Below, piece after piece: positions 50,595 through 59,706 of a stretch of DNA of 60,913 bases (the stretch's first letter is position 1; every line of letters begins with the position of its first letter). The DNA is taken from NCBI GenBank assembly GCA_016210925.1, contig JACQTF010000179.1, forward strand, positions 1 through 60,913. The letters run 5' to 3'. Origin of the DNA: Acidobacteriota bacterium (GTDB taxonomy: Bacteria; Acidobacteriota; UBA6911; JACQTF01). A model generated the notes under the pieces. It worked only from the letters and a program-made list of their open reading frames with translations, made no database searches and was not told the origin of the DNA. A program made the position numbers and the translations under genes.

Positions 50595-52106
50595 TCAAGG
50601 CTGGTTACGCTGGTTGACCATCCGGAACGCGGCTTTTACCCGGGGAACGACGAAGGGTAGAAGGATCAGAACGAGCGCCGAGAGGAGAAAGGCGCCCGAG
50701 AGGGGGCGCCAGAGAAAGATCATCAGGCTTCCCCGGGAGAGCAGGAGGGACTGCCGGAGGGATTCCTCCGCCATGCGGCCCAGGACGAAAGCCAGCAGGA
50801 GGGGGACCGGGTCGTACTGGAACTTTTTCATGAGGTAGCCCACCACGCCGAAGGCCAGCATGGTGATGATGTCCCAGATGTTGCCCGACACGCTGTAAGC
50901 GCCGATGACGCAAAACAGCAGGATCAACGGGAAAAGAATGCCGTAGGGAACCTTGAGGAGCTGGACCCATAGTCCGATCAGGGGGAGGTTCAGGACCAGG
51001 AGCATGGCGTTGCCGACGTACATGCTGGTGATGACGCCCCAGAAGATCTCCGGATGCTCCTTCATCAAGAGGGGGCCCGGCTGAACCCCGTGAACCAGAA
51101 AGGCTCCCAGCAGCACGGCCATGACCACGTTGGGGGGAATGCCCAGGGTCAGCAGCGGGATCATGGATCCTGCCGTGGCGGCGTTGTTGGCCGATTCCGG
51201 CCCGGCGACTCCCTCGATGGCGCCCGCGCCGAACTTCTCGGGGTGTTTGGAGATGCGCCGCTCGACCCCGTAGGAGATGAAGGACGGGATGATCGTGCCC
51301 ATCCCGGGGAGGATTCCCAGAAAGAAGCCCAACAGGCTTCCCCGGGCGACGGGGCCGGCGGAATCCTTCCAGTCCTGCCGGGTGGGCAGCAGGCCTTTGA
51401 TCCGGGTCTCGAAGACTCCCTGCTGGAGGCCTTGCTCGATGTTGAGGAGGACCTCTGCGACGCCGAACAGGCCCATGATGAGAGGCACCAGCCCCAACCC
51501 GTCCATCAGCGTGACACTGCGGAACGTGAAGCGCGGTGTGCCCACGATGGGGTCCAGCCCGACGGTGCCCAGAAACAACCCCAGAATGGCCATGGCCGCG
51601 GCCTTGAGCTTCGAGCCGCGCGCCAGGAAGGTCACCATGGTGAAACCCAGTATCAGGAGGCCGAAGATCTCCGGAGGCCCGAATCGGAGGGCGATGGAGG
51701 CGAGGGGAGGCGCCAGCAACATGATTCCCACCACGCCGAAGGTCCCGGCGATGAAGGAGCCGAAGGCTGCAATCCCAAGGGCCGGGCCCGCCCGGCCCCG
51801 GCGCGCCATCTGGTGACCATCCAGACACGTCACGACGGAAGCAGCCTCGCCGGGGACGTTGACCAGGATGGAGGTGGTGGAACCTCCGTACATGGCCCCG
51901 TAGTAGATGCCCGCCAGCATGATGAGGGAGGTGGTGGCGCTCATCGTGTAGGTGACCGGAAAGAGGAGGGACATGGTCACCACAGACCCGATGCCGGGCA
52001 GGACGCCCACCAGCGTTCCGATCAAGACGCCCGCGAAGCACGCCGCCAGGTTGGTAGGCTCTAGGCTCACGGAAAAGCCGTAAAGTACGCTCTGGACGAG
52101 GTCCAT
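50595..52106 (-). CDS. tctA: tripartite tricarboxylate transporter large permease TctA
   Basis: About 500-aa polytopic protein, [20 protein letters not shown]... Start trimmed to ATG 52106, downstream of the tctB stop. The same-strand overlapping 478-aa ORF is an artefact. Confidence 0.9.
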   Translation of the reverse strand: MDLVQSVLYGFSVSLEPTNLAACFAGVLIGTLVGVLPGIGSVVTMSLLFPVTYTMSATTSLIMLAGIYYGAMYGGSTTSILVNVPGEAASVVTCLDGHQMARRGRAGPALGIAAFGSFIAGTFGVVGIMLLAPPLASIALRFGPPEIFGLLILGFTMVTFLARGSKLKAAAMAILGLFLGTVGLDPIVGTPRFTFRSVTLMDGLGLVPLIMGLFGVAEVLLNIEQGLQQGVFETRIKGLLPTRQDWKDSAGPVARGSLLGFFLGILPGMGTIIPSFISYGVERRISKHPEKFGAGAIEGVAGPESANNAATAGSMIPLLTLGIPPNVVMAVLLGAFLVHGVQPGPLLMKEHPEIFWGVITSMYVGNAMLLVLNLPLIGLWVQLLKVPYGILFPLILLFCVIGAYSVSGNIWDIITMLAFGVVGYLMKKFQYDPVPLLLAFVLGRMAEESLRQSLLLSRGSLMIFLWRPLSGAFLLSALVLILLPFVVPRVKAAFRMVNQRNQP

Positions 52107-52120
52107 CTTGTCGCCGCCCT

Positions 52121-52597
52121 TCACGGACCCCAAATGCCCGGCGGGAGCCGTATCTGCAACAGTTTGAAGAGGCCGTACGCCAGCAGCGACGTGGCCAGGG
52201 AGCCGGCGACCGCCGCCGGCCAGCGCCGCAGTTCGACGACTCTGAAGAGAATCAACATGAGGAGGAAGGTCGCCACGAGAAACCCGAGGTGGTCCAGGGC
52301 GAAGGTGTAACCGAACAGCGCGAGGAGGGTCCAGATGATCTTGTTCCCGCCTGATTGCTCACCCGATCCTTGAGCGGCCGTTCCTTCCAATCCCGCGTGG
52401 TGGAACGATCGGACCAGCAGCGCGACGGAGACGATCGAAAGAGCCACGGCCAGGTAAAACGGGAAGAACCCGGGCCCTGGTCTTCCCAGCTCTCCCACGG
52501 TGAGACCCCGCGCCTCGAAGGCGGACAGAAGGCCGACAAGCAGCAGAAAGCCAGCGACCCATCGATCGTGTTGTCCCGGTCGTCCTCGTCCTCGCAT
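52121..52597 (-). CDS. tctB: tripartite tricarboxylate transporter small permease TctB
   Basis: 158-aa protein with 4 TM segments, located between tctC and tctA. ATGA overlap with the tctC stop. Confidence 0.8.
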   Translation of the reverse strand: MRGRGRPGQHDRWVAGFLLLVGLLSAFEARGLTVGELGRPGPGFFPFYLAVALSIVSVALLVRSFHHAGLEGTAAQGSGEQSGGNKIIWTLLALFGYTFALDHLGFLVATFLLMLILFRVVELRRWPAAVAGSLATSLLAYGLFKLLQIRLPPGIWGP

Positions 52598-53568
52598 CAG
52601 CCTCGAATACCCAGCTTCTTGACCGCCTGTTTGACGGCCTCGTGCTCGCTCTCCAGGAGCTTTCGGGTCGCCTTGGGATCGCGATAATCCACGAGCATTC
52701 CCGCTTTTTCAACCGCCGAGGCGACGGCTGCGTCTTGCATGGTCTTCTCCAGCGCTTTGGTCAGCTTGTCGATAGTCTCGTTCGGCGTTTTGGCGGGGAC
52801 GAACAGGCCCATCCAGATGTTCACGGAGGCTTCCGGGAAACCCTTCTCTGCCATGGTCGGCACGTTTGGGAAAGCCGCCACTCTTTTGGGCGCTGTCGTG
52901 ACCAACGGAATGAGCTGGCCGGCCCTGATGGACGGGGCCAGGGAGGCAAAGCCGCTGGACGCGAGATCCACATGCCCGCCCAGGACGGCAGTTTTCGCAG
53001 GCGCGGTCCCCTGGAAGGGCACGTGAGCGATGTCGAGCCCGTAGGAGAGCTTGAAAAGCTCCATGGTAAAAAACGAGACGGTCCCCTGGCCTGCCGAACC
53101 GTAGGTGAGCTTGCCGGGATTTTTCTTGGCGTAGTCCACGAGCTGCTCCAGCGTTTTCCAGGAGCTCCCGGGTCGGGCGGTGATCACTCCCAGGTCCACG
53201 ATGTAACTGCCGACGGAGGCGAAATTGTTGAGCTGATAGGGCAGATCGGGTTGCGTCGCCGTGATGATCGTCAGCGTGGAATTCGTGGTCGCGAACACCC
53301 GGTATCCGTCCGGCTTTCCCCTGGCCACAAAGTCCGCCCCCAGCGCGCCCCCGCCGCCGGGCTTGTTGATGAGAACAATGGGCACGCCCAGGATCGCCGA
53401 GAGCCTGGGCTGGATGATTCTAGCCGCAGTGTCGGCGGGCCCCGCTGGCGGGAAGGGGATGATGAACTCGATCTCGCGGTTGGGATAGTCGCTCTGGTCG
53501 GAGGCCCAGCTTCCGCCCAGTGCTAAGAGCAGCAACACGATCAGACTGACGAGGGTCATCTGACGCAT
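52597..53568 (-). CDS. tctC: tripartite tricarboxylate transporter substrate-binding protein TctC (Bug family)
   Basis: Start trimmed to ATG 53568, 5 nt after AGGAGG (MRQMTLVSLIVLLLLALGG). YPNREIEFIIPFPPAGPADT and NKPGGGGALG are typical Bug/TctC motifs. Confidence 0.88.
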   Translation of the reverse strand: MRQMTLVSLIVLLLLALGGSWASDQSDYPNREIEFIIPFPPAGPADTAARIIQPRLSAILGVPIVLINKPGGGGALGADFVARGKPDGYRVFATTNSTLTIITATQPDLPYQLNNFASVGSYIVDLGVITARPGSSWKTLEQLVDYAKKNPGKLTYGSAGQGTVSFFTMELFKLSYGLDIAHVPFQGTAPAKTAVLGGHVDLASSGFASLAPSIRAGQLIPLVTTAPKRVAAFPNVPTMAEKGFPEASVNIWMGLFVPAKTPNETIDKLTKALEKTMQDAAVASAVEKAGMLVDYRDPKATRKLLESEHEAVKQAVKKLGIRG

Positions 53569-53591
53569 GATAGCCTCCTTTCTCACGTCTC

Positions 53592-53687
53592 CGTCAATGG
53601 TCAACCGTCAATGGTCAATGGTCGTCAATGGTCAATCGTCAATGGTCATTCGGTCATTCGTCATTCTTCCAGTCTTCCACTCTTCCG
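53592..53687. repeat. GTCAATG/GTCATTC heptamer tandem array grading into CTTCCAG units (locus E)
   Basis: gtcaatggtcaaccgtcaatggtcaatggtcgtcaatggtcaatcgtcaatggtcattcggtcattcgtcattcttccagtcttccactcttcc. Lies between the livF stop and the tctC start. Confidence 0.85.
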
Positions 53688-53689
53688 CA

Positions 53690-54415
53690 TCACACCCCGA
53701 GGTAGGAAAGACGTACGTGGGGATTGCCGAGCAGCTCGCTTCCCTTCCCCTCCAGCACGACCCTTCCGTGCTCCAGGACATAGCCCCGATGGCTCATGCG
53801 GAGCGAAAAGTGGATGTTCTGCTCGATCAGAAACACGGTGATCCCACGCTCGTTGATCCGGCGGATCGTGTCCATGATTCCCTTGACGAGCGTGGGCTGG
53901 AGGCCCAGGGAAGGCTCGTCCAGGAGCAGGAGGTCAGGGCACGCCATGAGGGCCCGGCCGATGGCCAGCATCTGGCGCTCGCCGCCGGAGAGCGTCCGCG
54001 CCGGCTGGGCGATGCGCTCCTCCAGCCGGGGGAACAGAGCGAACACCTCCGCAAGGCTCCGGGCCTGCCGTGTCCGGGCCCGCGGGACTGCCGCACCTAT
54101 TTTCAGGTTGTCCAGCACGGTCATCTCGGGAAAGACCCGGGCCCCCTCGGGCACCACCGCAATCCCCTGCCGGACGATCTTCTCCGGGGCAAGGCCGTCG
54201 ATCCGCCGTCCCCGGAAGGTGATGCGCCCGCCCCCCCTGCTTCCATGGTTCGCCCGGGGCCGGAGCAGGCCGACGATGGTCTTGATGAGAGTGGTCTTGC
54301 CCGCGCCGTTGGGGCCGATCACGCTCACCAGCTCTCCCTCGCCTACCTCCACGGACACCTCCCACAGCACCTGGAGCGCCCCGTAACCGACGTTGATCGC
54401 CTCGACCTTAAGCAT
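53690..54415 (-). CDS. livF: branched-chain amino acid-type ABC transporter ATPase (LivF-like)
   Basis: MLKVEAINVGYGALQVLWEVS... Walker A GPNGAGKTT, signature LSGGERQ and Walker B LLLLDEPS. Confidence 0.9.
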   Translation of the reverse strand: MLKVEAINVGYGALQVLWEVSVEVGEGELVSVIGPNGAGKTTLIKTIVGLLRPRANHGSRGGGRITFRGRRIDGLAPEKIVRQGIAVVPEGARVFPEMTVLDNLKIGAAVPRARTRQARSLAEVFALFPRLEERIAQPARTLSGGERQMLAIGRALMACPDLLLLDEPSLGLQPTLVKGIMDTIRRINERGITVFLIEQNIHFSLRMSHRGYVLEHGRVVLEGKGSELLGNPHVRLSYLGV

Positions 54416-54426
54416 CGCGATCTCGC

Positions 54427-54504
54427 AAAACCCGAAACTTTGAAACTCGAAACCTAAAACCCACGGAATTCCCAAAGTTTCAGGTTTCAAGTTTCAGGTT
54501 TCAC
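54427..54504. repeat. GAAAC(C/T)T-type palindrome (locus F) between livG and livF
   Basis: aaaacccgaaactttgaaactcgaaacctaaaaccc ... cccaaagtttcaggtttcaagtttcaggtttcacc. Fills the 90-nt livG-livF spacer. Confidence 0.85.
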
Positions 54505-54505
54505 C

Positions 54506-55240
54506 TTATGCGTAAGCCTCACCAAGGTACGCGTTGATCACCGCGGGGTCCCTCATGACCTCGCCGGGGCTTCCTTCGGCGATTTTCTCGCCGTAGTTGA
54601 GAACCACGACGCGGTCAGCGACCCCCACGATCGCCCGCATGACGTGCTCGATCACCATCAGGCTTTTCCCGCGATCCCTTACGGACCGGACCAGGGAAAC
54701 AGCAGCCTCCATCTCGTTGTGGCTCAGCCCGGCCATGTTCTCGTCGAGCAGGATCACCTGAGCGCCCGTGGCCAGGACCCGGGCCAGGTCGAGGCGCCGG
54801 CGTTCGGAGATCGAGAGCTTGGCAGCCGGACTGCCCGCCTTGTCCACCAGGCCAACGAAATTCAGCCACTCTTCGGCCTCCCGCTGGGCCTCCCTCAATC
54901 CCGCGCCCTTCCCGTAGAGGCCGGCGACCAGGACATTCTCGAGCACGGTCAGCCGGGGGAAAAAACGGGGGATCTGAAAGGTCTTGGCGATCCCCATGCG
55001 GCAGACCGCGTGGGTTGGGAGCCCGGACATGGAACAGCCGCGATAATACACCGTTCCCGAGGTCGGCCGTTCCAGGCCCGCGATGACGTTGAACAGCGTG
55101 CTCTTCCCTGCCCCATTGGGACCAATGATTCCCAGGATCTCCCCCTCCCGGAGGGCGAGATCCACGCCATTCAGCGCCAGGAGGGCGCCAAAGGACTTCG
55201 ACACCGCCCGGCATTCCAGAACGGCCACGATGCCGGTCAC
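54506..55240 (-). CDS. livG: branched-chain amino acid-type ABC transporter ATPase (LivG-like)
   Basis: GTG 55240 overlaps the livM TGA (GTGA). Walker A GPNGAGKST, signature LSISERRR and Walker B ILLDENMAGL. The N-terminal 280 aa of ORF 54506..56080 are an overlap artefact. Confidence 0.9.
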   Translation of the reverse strand: MTGIVAVLECRAVSKSFGALLALNGVDLALREGEILGIIGPNGAGKSTLFNVIAGLERPTSGTVYYRGCSMSGLPTHAVCRMGIAKTFQIPRFFPRLTVLENVLVAGLYGKGAGLREAQREAEEWLNFVGLVDKAGSPAAKLSISERRRLDLARVLATGAQVILLDENMAGLSHNEMEAAVSLVRSVRDRGKSLMVIEHVMRAIVGVADRVVVLNYGEKIAEGSPGEVMRDPAVINAYLGEAYA

Positions 55241-56172
55241 GACGCCGTCTCCGCTCGTTTGCCGCCTCGATGAATGGCCATCCTGGCTATGCCCATCAGC
55301 CCGGAGGGCATGAACAAGGAGACCGCCACGATGATGGACCCGATGGCGATCAGGTAATGGTACACGAACCGCGTTCCCAGCAGCTCGGAAACGAGGCAGA
55401 GAAAGCCGGCGCCGGCGAGCGGCCCCAAGGGGGTGCCCAGTCCCCCCAGAAGGGCCATGACCACCATCTGAAAAGTGGTGGCGGCGCCGAAGGCCTCCGT
55501 GGCGTTGATGTAAGAAAGCCAGTAACCTGCCGTCCCTCCCGTCCAGGCAATGAAGAGGGCGCTCATCATGTAGACGCGGCGCTTGAGCCGGTGCAGGTCC
55601 ACCCCCGAGGCTTCGGCGAGGAGGTCGTTCTCGCCGACCGCGCGGAGACCGTAGCCGAACTTCGAGCGCTCGAGCCAGAACGCGGTCGCCGTCACCAGGA
55701 CCATCACCGTGAGCATCACGTAATAAAAAGGGAGATAGCCGGCGCTCAACGGCAGGGAAATGCCGGCGCTGCCGCCGGTCAACGGAATCCCGGTGAGCCG
55801 ATCCCAAGCCAGAGCCAGTTGTTTGGCCGACTCGGCCAGAGCCAAAGTCCCGATGGCGAAATAAGCGCCTCGAAGCCTCAGCGTGGGGGTCCCTAGGAGG
55901 AAGGCGATGGCCATGGCGATCAACCCGGCCAGGCCCAGACTCACCAGGAACGGCAAATGGGCCTTCATCATGAGATTTGCGGTGGCGAAGGTCCCGATCC
56001 CGTAATAGACGACCGGACCGAGGTCCACGGCTCCGCCGTAGCCCGCCAGCAGATTCCAGCTCCCGGCCAGGGCCGCCCACATGAAGATGAGGGTGGCCAG
56101 CCGAATCGCGTAGGCTCCTGCTCCCAGCGGGAGCAGGACCAGCGCGGCAAGGGTAACGAGGGCGATACGCAA
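55237..56172 (-). CDS. livM: branched-chain amino acid-type ABC transporter permease (LivM-like)
   Basis: 311-aa polytopic protein located between the livH-like and livG-like genes. Confidence 0.88.
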   Translation of the reverse strand: MRIALVTLAALVLLPLGAGAYAIRLATLIFMWAALAGSWNLLAGYGGAVDLGPVVYYGIGTFATANLMMKAHLPFLVSLGLAGLIAMAIAFLLGTPTLRLRGAYFAIGTLALAESAKQLALAWDRLTGIPLTGGSAGISLPLSAGYLPFYYVMLTVMVLVTATAFWLERSKFGYGLRAVGENDLLAEASGVDLHRLKRRVYMMSALFIAWTGGTAGYWLSYINATEAFGAATTFQMVVMALLGGLGTPLGPLAGAGFLCLVSELLGTRFVYHYLIAIGSIIVAVSLFMPSGLMGIARMAIHRGGKRAETAS

Positions 56173-57075
56173 TTATTCAATCCGCCCTTTCCCCAGGATC
56201 CCGGCTGGCATGAACTGCAAGACCAGGTAGAGCAGGAAGAACACCACCAGCAGCGAGAGTCCGGTCTCAATGTACGTCTCGGTGAGAGCCTGGGCGATCC
56301 CCAGCGCAAACCCGCCCCACAGGACCCCCGGGATGTACCCCATCCCTCCCAGGACGACGACGGAGAAGGCGAAGAGCGTATACGTCAAACCCATGTTGGG
56401 CTCCACTGGAGAGTAGAAGGCCACCAGCGACCCCGCCACCCCCGAGATTCCCGATCCCAGCCCAAAGGCGAGGGCATAGACGAGCCGCGGGTTCACCCCC
56501 ACCAGGCTTGCCATCTCCCGATCCTGCGCGGTGGCGCGGATCATCCTCCCCAGCTCGGTCCGCTGCAGAAGCCAGTAAAGCCCCGCCACAGCACCGACGC
56601 CGACGGCAAAGGCAGCGAGGCGCGAGAGCGGAACAATGAACGGTCCCAGGGTGAGACTCCGGTCGAGATAGGGAACGGTCATCATCCGGTAATCGGCGCT
56701 CCAGACCCTGAGCGCGGCGTTCACCAGGATCAGCGAGATGCCGAAGGTGACCAGGAGCGAGACGAGCAGAGGAGATCCCAGCGTCCGATTGAGGACCAGG
56801 TACTGGAGGGCGTAACCGAGGAGGAAGAGAAGCGCGAATGAAATCGGCAGCGTCAGGAGCGGATCCACCCGGTAGAGCTTGAAAAGCCAATAGGTGCCGA
56901 AGGCCCCCAGCATCACCAGCTCGCCGTGCGCCGCATTCAAAATGCCGCTCACACCAAAAATCAGCGAGAGGCCAACGGCCGCGGCCGCGTAGACTCCTCC
57001 CTGGAGGATTCCATTCAGGATCGTCTGCCCCGCGACGGTGAGTTGCTCCACTGACCGAACCGAGTCATTCGTCAT
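56173..57075 (-). CDS. livH: branched-chain amino acid-type ABC transporter permease (LivH-like)
   Basis: 300-aa polytopic protein. The first codons (ATG ACG AAT GAC) lie inside the heptamer repeat array. Confidence 0.88.
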   Translation of the reverse strand: MTNDSVRSVEQLTVAGQTILNGILQGGVYAAAAVGLSLIFGVSGILNAAHGELVMLGAFGTYWLFKLYRVDPLLTLPISFALLFLLGYALQYLVLNRTLGSPLLVSLLVTFGISLILVNAALRVWSADYRMMTVPYLDRSLTLGPFIVPLSRLAAFAVGVGAVAGLYWLLQRTELGRMIRATAQDREMASLVGVNPRLVYALAFGLGSGISGVAGSLVAFYSPVEPNMGLTYTLFAFSVVVLGGMGYIPGVLWGGFALGIAQALTETYIETGLSLLVVFFLLYLVLQFMPAGILGKGRIE

Positions 57076-57228
57076 TCGTCATCAGTCATTCGTCATTCGT
57101 CAATAGTCAATAGTCAATAGTCAATCGTGAATAGTCATTCGTCCCGACAACTGGTGACTATTGACTATCGACTATTGACCATTGACTATTAACCAGTGAC
57201 TATTGACCATTGACTATTGACTTCGTCC
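57062..57228. repeat. GTCAATA/GTCATTC heptamer array forming a long imperfect palindrome (locus G)
   Basis: The left arm gtcaatagtcaatagtcaatagtcaatcg is mirrored by gactattgactatcgactattgaccattgactatt. The centre is near 57145. The array overlaps the livK-like 3' end and the livH 5' end. Confidence 0.85.
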
Positions 57229-58450
57229 ACGGATAGAGGAGTTTGCCCGCTTTCACCCCTCCGATTTCGGTCGGGTACACCAGGACAAATTTCCCGTCCT
57301 GAATCTGGACCGCGATCGGCGGTTTCAGGACGATGGCCCCATCGGCTCCGAACTTGACCCGGCCATACAGCGTCTCGACATCCTGCTTATGGAGCTGCTG
57401 CATCACCGCTTCGCGGTCTTTTTCCGACAGCGGCGGCGCAAGTCCCAGCGCTTCGACGGCTTTCTGCTGGGCGACGGCGCCGGCAGCGGCCCCGGCCTGG
57501 ACGTAGTCAGGCTCTTTCCCCCATCGCCTGAACATCCGATCGCGCCACTCCCGGGCCGACCCGAACACCGGATCTCTGTGCGGCAGCGTCGGCAACCATT
57601 CCGAAACAGCGACGACTCCTTCGGCGCCTTTCCCCAGTTCCTTGATGAAATCGGGAACCGTGGGACCGTAGCTGAAGGCAATCCCCTTAGGCGTATAGCC
57701 CACCTCCCTAGCGGCCCTCATGACCCGCAGCGAGTGGGCGAAGAGCGATCCGACCAGCAGGATGTCGGGATTCCGTCGTTTGACCTTCAGGAGGAGGGAG
57801 TTGTAGTCGGTGAGGTCCACAGGAAAGATCTCGAAGTGGACCACCCGGACCCCCATCTCCCCCATGAATTTCTTGAACCCATCGGCCGAGAGCTTGGCGA
57901 AGAGGTGGTCGGCTCCGATGACGGCGGCGGTCTTGGGTTTGGGCTGGGCGAGGCTGAAGACCCTGGCGGCGCCCTCCACCTCATAGAAAGTCTTGTTCAG
58001 CGTGCCGAAAACGTACTTGAACCCCCTCTGGAAGATCGGGTCCGCGCTGGCCGACCCGGAAATGTACGGGTACTTATACTTCTCCGCCACCGCGCTTGCG
58101 GCGAACACGATACTGCTGCCGAAGCCTCCGAGTAACAGGTCCACCCGGTCCGCGGTGGCCAGCCGCTCGACGAGCTGAGCGCTCTTGACCGGGTTGCTCT
58201 CATCGTCATAGTAGATCAGTTTGACCGGATAGCCGGTCCCCGTGACTCTGATTCCTCCCTGGCGGTTGACCGTCTCGGCCCAGAGGTCGTAAGCCTCCTT
58301 GAGAAGCGCGGTGTCCCGGCTGTAGATGCCGCTCAACGAGAGCGGGATCCCGACGCGAAACTCTTTGGCTTGGGCACCACGGGCGCTCGGCCACGAATTT
58401 CCAGCAAAGGTCAAGAGGAGGAGAATCGCGATAATCCGGTGGCCTTCCAT
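57200..58450 (-). CDS. ABC transporter periplasmic substrate-binding protein (LivK/amide-urea type, Peripla_BP_6-like)
   Basis: 416 aa with a signal peptide. FRVGIPLSLSGIYSRD is typical of the type I PBP N-terminus. The last six codons (S-I-V-N-G-Q) are encoded by the heptamer repeat. Confidence 0.85.
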   Translation of the reverse strand: MEGHRIIAILLLLTFAGNSWPSARGAQAKEFRVGIPLSLSGIYSRDTALLKEAYDLWAETVNRQGGIRVTGTGYPVKLIYYDDESNPVKSAQLVERLATADRVDLLLGGFGSSIVFAASAVAEKYKYPYISGSASADPIFQRGFKYVFGTLNKTFYEVEGAARVFSLAQPKPKTAAVIGADHLFAKLSADGFKKFMGEMGVRVVHFEIFPVDLTDYNSLLLKVKRRNPDILLVGSLFAHSLRVMRAAREVGYTPKGIAFSYGPTVPDFIKELGKGAEGVVAVSEWLPTLPHRDPVFGSAREWRDRMFRRWGKEPDYVQAGAAAGAVAQQKAVEALGLAPPLSEKDREAVMQQLHKQDVETLYGRVKFGADGAIVLKPPIAVQIQDGKFVLVYPTEIGGVKAGKLLYPWTKSIVNGQ

Positions 58451-58473
58451 TCTTCCAGCCTTCCAGCCTTCCG
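58443..58473. repeat. GGCTGGAA-type repeat (locus H) covering the RBS and start codon of the substrate-binding protein gene
   Basis: The minus strand reads ccggaaggctggaaggctggaagaATGGAAGGCC. The stretch ccggaaggctggaaggctggaagaatggaag matches locus D apart from one extra GGCTGGAA unit in D. Confidence 0.8.
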
Positions 58474-58486
58474 GTTCTTGCCGTCT

Positions 58487-59320
58487 TCAACCCAATTCGC
58501 TGTTCGCCTCGACGCGCTCGAGAAATCTCAGGACTGCCTCGTTGAATTTTTCCGGCTCCTCCAGGTTCAGCGTGTGGCCGGTCCCGGGAAATATGACCAG
58601 CCTGGCATTCGGGAGGACTCTGCTCATGAAGCGGCTGGGTTCGAGCGCCGGCCCATCCTCGTCGCCAACGAGGATCATGGTCGGGACCCGCAGCTCCTTC
58701 ATCCGGGCCTCCAAGGCGTAGATGGTCGGGCGCTTGAACTGAACCCCACGCAGGGTGCGGGCCAGCCCGCGCCCGGAGAGACTGGCGAACTCCTCAGCAA
58801 ACTCCTGCCATGTCGCGGCGCTTTTGCGCAGAAGCGGAATCCGGGTGGCCATCCGCGGGTAGTACCCGTCAAATACCGCCCGGGGGCCGTCCGATTCCAG
58901 GCGGTCGGCGATGGGCGAGTACTCCCGGACCATCTGCTCACGGTTGTCGGAGCCGGTTCCGGTCCCGGCGAGCACGAGCGCCCGGACGCGTTCCGGATGC
59001 TCCAGCGCGAAGCTCAGAGCGATGGCGCCTCCCATGGACAACCCACCGACGTGAGCGCGGCCGATCTTCAGGTGGTCCAGGAGCGCCAGGAGGTCCCTGA
59101 CCGAGTGCTCCTGGGAATACTGGGAGGGGTCCTCGGGCACGCCGGAAGGGGGATACCCGCGGCAGTTATAAACGAGGACTGAGTACTGCTTGCGGAACGC
59201 CTCGACCTGCCGGCTCCAGCTCCTGCAGCTCCCGGAGAACTCGTGTACCAGGACGATCGGAGGCCCGGAGCCGACTTGCTCGTAATACAGCTCTACCTCT
59301 GGGAGGGCAACTTTAGGCAT
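58487..59320 (-). CDS. alpha/beta-fold hydrolase
   Basis: Start trimmed to MPKVALPEVELYYEQVGSGPPIVLVHEF. Nucleophile elbow GGLSMGG. C-terminal GTGHTLNLEEPEKFN. Confidence 0.8.
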   Translation of the reverse strand: MPKVALPEVELYYEQVGSGPPIVLVHEFSGSCRSWSRQVEAFRKQYSVLVYNCRGYPPSGVPEDPSQYSQEHSVRDLLALLDHLKIGRAHVGGLSMGGAIALSFALEHPERVRALVLAGTGTGSDNREQMVREYSPIADRLESDGPRAVFDGYYPRMATRIPLLRKSAATWQEFAEEFASLSGRGLARTLRGVQFKRPTIYALEARMKELRVPTMILVGDEDGPALEPSRFMSRVLPNARLVIFPGTGHTLNLEEPEKFNEAVLRFLERVEANSELG

Positions 59321-59394
59321 AGACCTGCCCGGTGAATGCAAGAACCCCCGACCTTAAATGAAGAAGACTTTGCGAGTCAAGGGGAAAACGTCAT

Positions 59395-59520
59395 GTCATC
59401 GGGGATGGCTTGCTGGAGGAGCTCGATTACGACCGAGCGGGAGAGTTGCTGTCCTGCAGCCCCACAGATTACCCGCTGCCGACCTGCAGCAACATCCCCC
59501 GCCGTTGAACTCCCTTGAAC
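59395..59520 (+). pseudogene. remnant of a molybdenum hydroxylase large-subunit C-terminal region
   Basis: VIGDGLLEELDYDRAGELLSCSPTDYPLPTCSNIP resembles GIGLYEELIYDGEQLVNNSLLDYRVPRFSDLP of 32402..34738. It is short, with no start and a broken frame. Confidence 0.35.
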
Positions 59521-59706
59521 GGACTCGGCTGTTTCTCGTCGCGGCCAGGATCACCTGGATGGGCTTCATCCGGCCAGCGAGTCATTACGACCGCGGGCAG
59601 CTTCCGGCAGCTTCCCCTGAAGCTGACTTCGGCTCCAGGTCGTGAACTACTTGCGCGAGTGCTCTAAACTTGACCCGGCTGGCAAGCCATAAAAAACAAC
59701 GGCAAT

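Noticed and set aside
50605-52041. 478-aa ORF on the same strand as, and overlapping, tctA; also the plus-strand ORF 51054..52064
   Set aside because: Pro/Arg/Gly-rich shadow frames of a membrane-protein gene. The tctA frame gives a coherent polytopic sequence.
55241-56080. N-terminal 280 aa of ORF 54506..56080, and ORFs 54615..55214, 55270..55896 and 55957..56841
   Set aside because: These are out-of-frame or antisense overlaps of the livM/livG genes. The real LivG begins at GTG 55240, where the ABC ATPase motifs start.
53592-57228. CRISPR array interpretation of the short tandem repeats
   Set aside because: The repeat units are 7-8 nt and directly abutting, with no unique spacers. The arrays are self-complementary and no cas genes are nearby.
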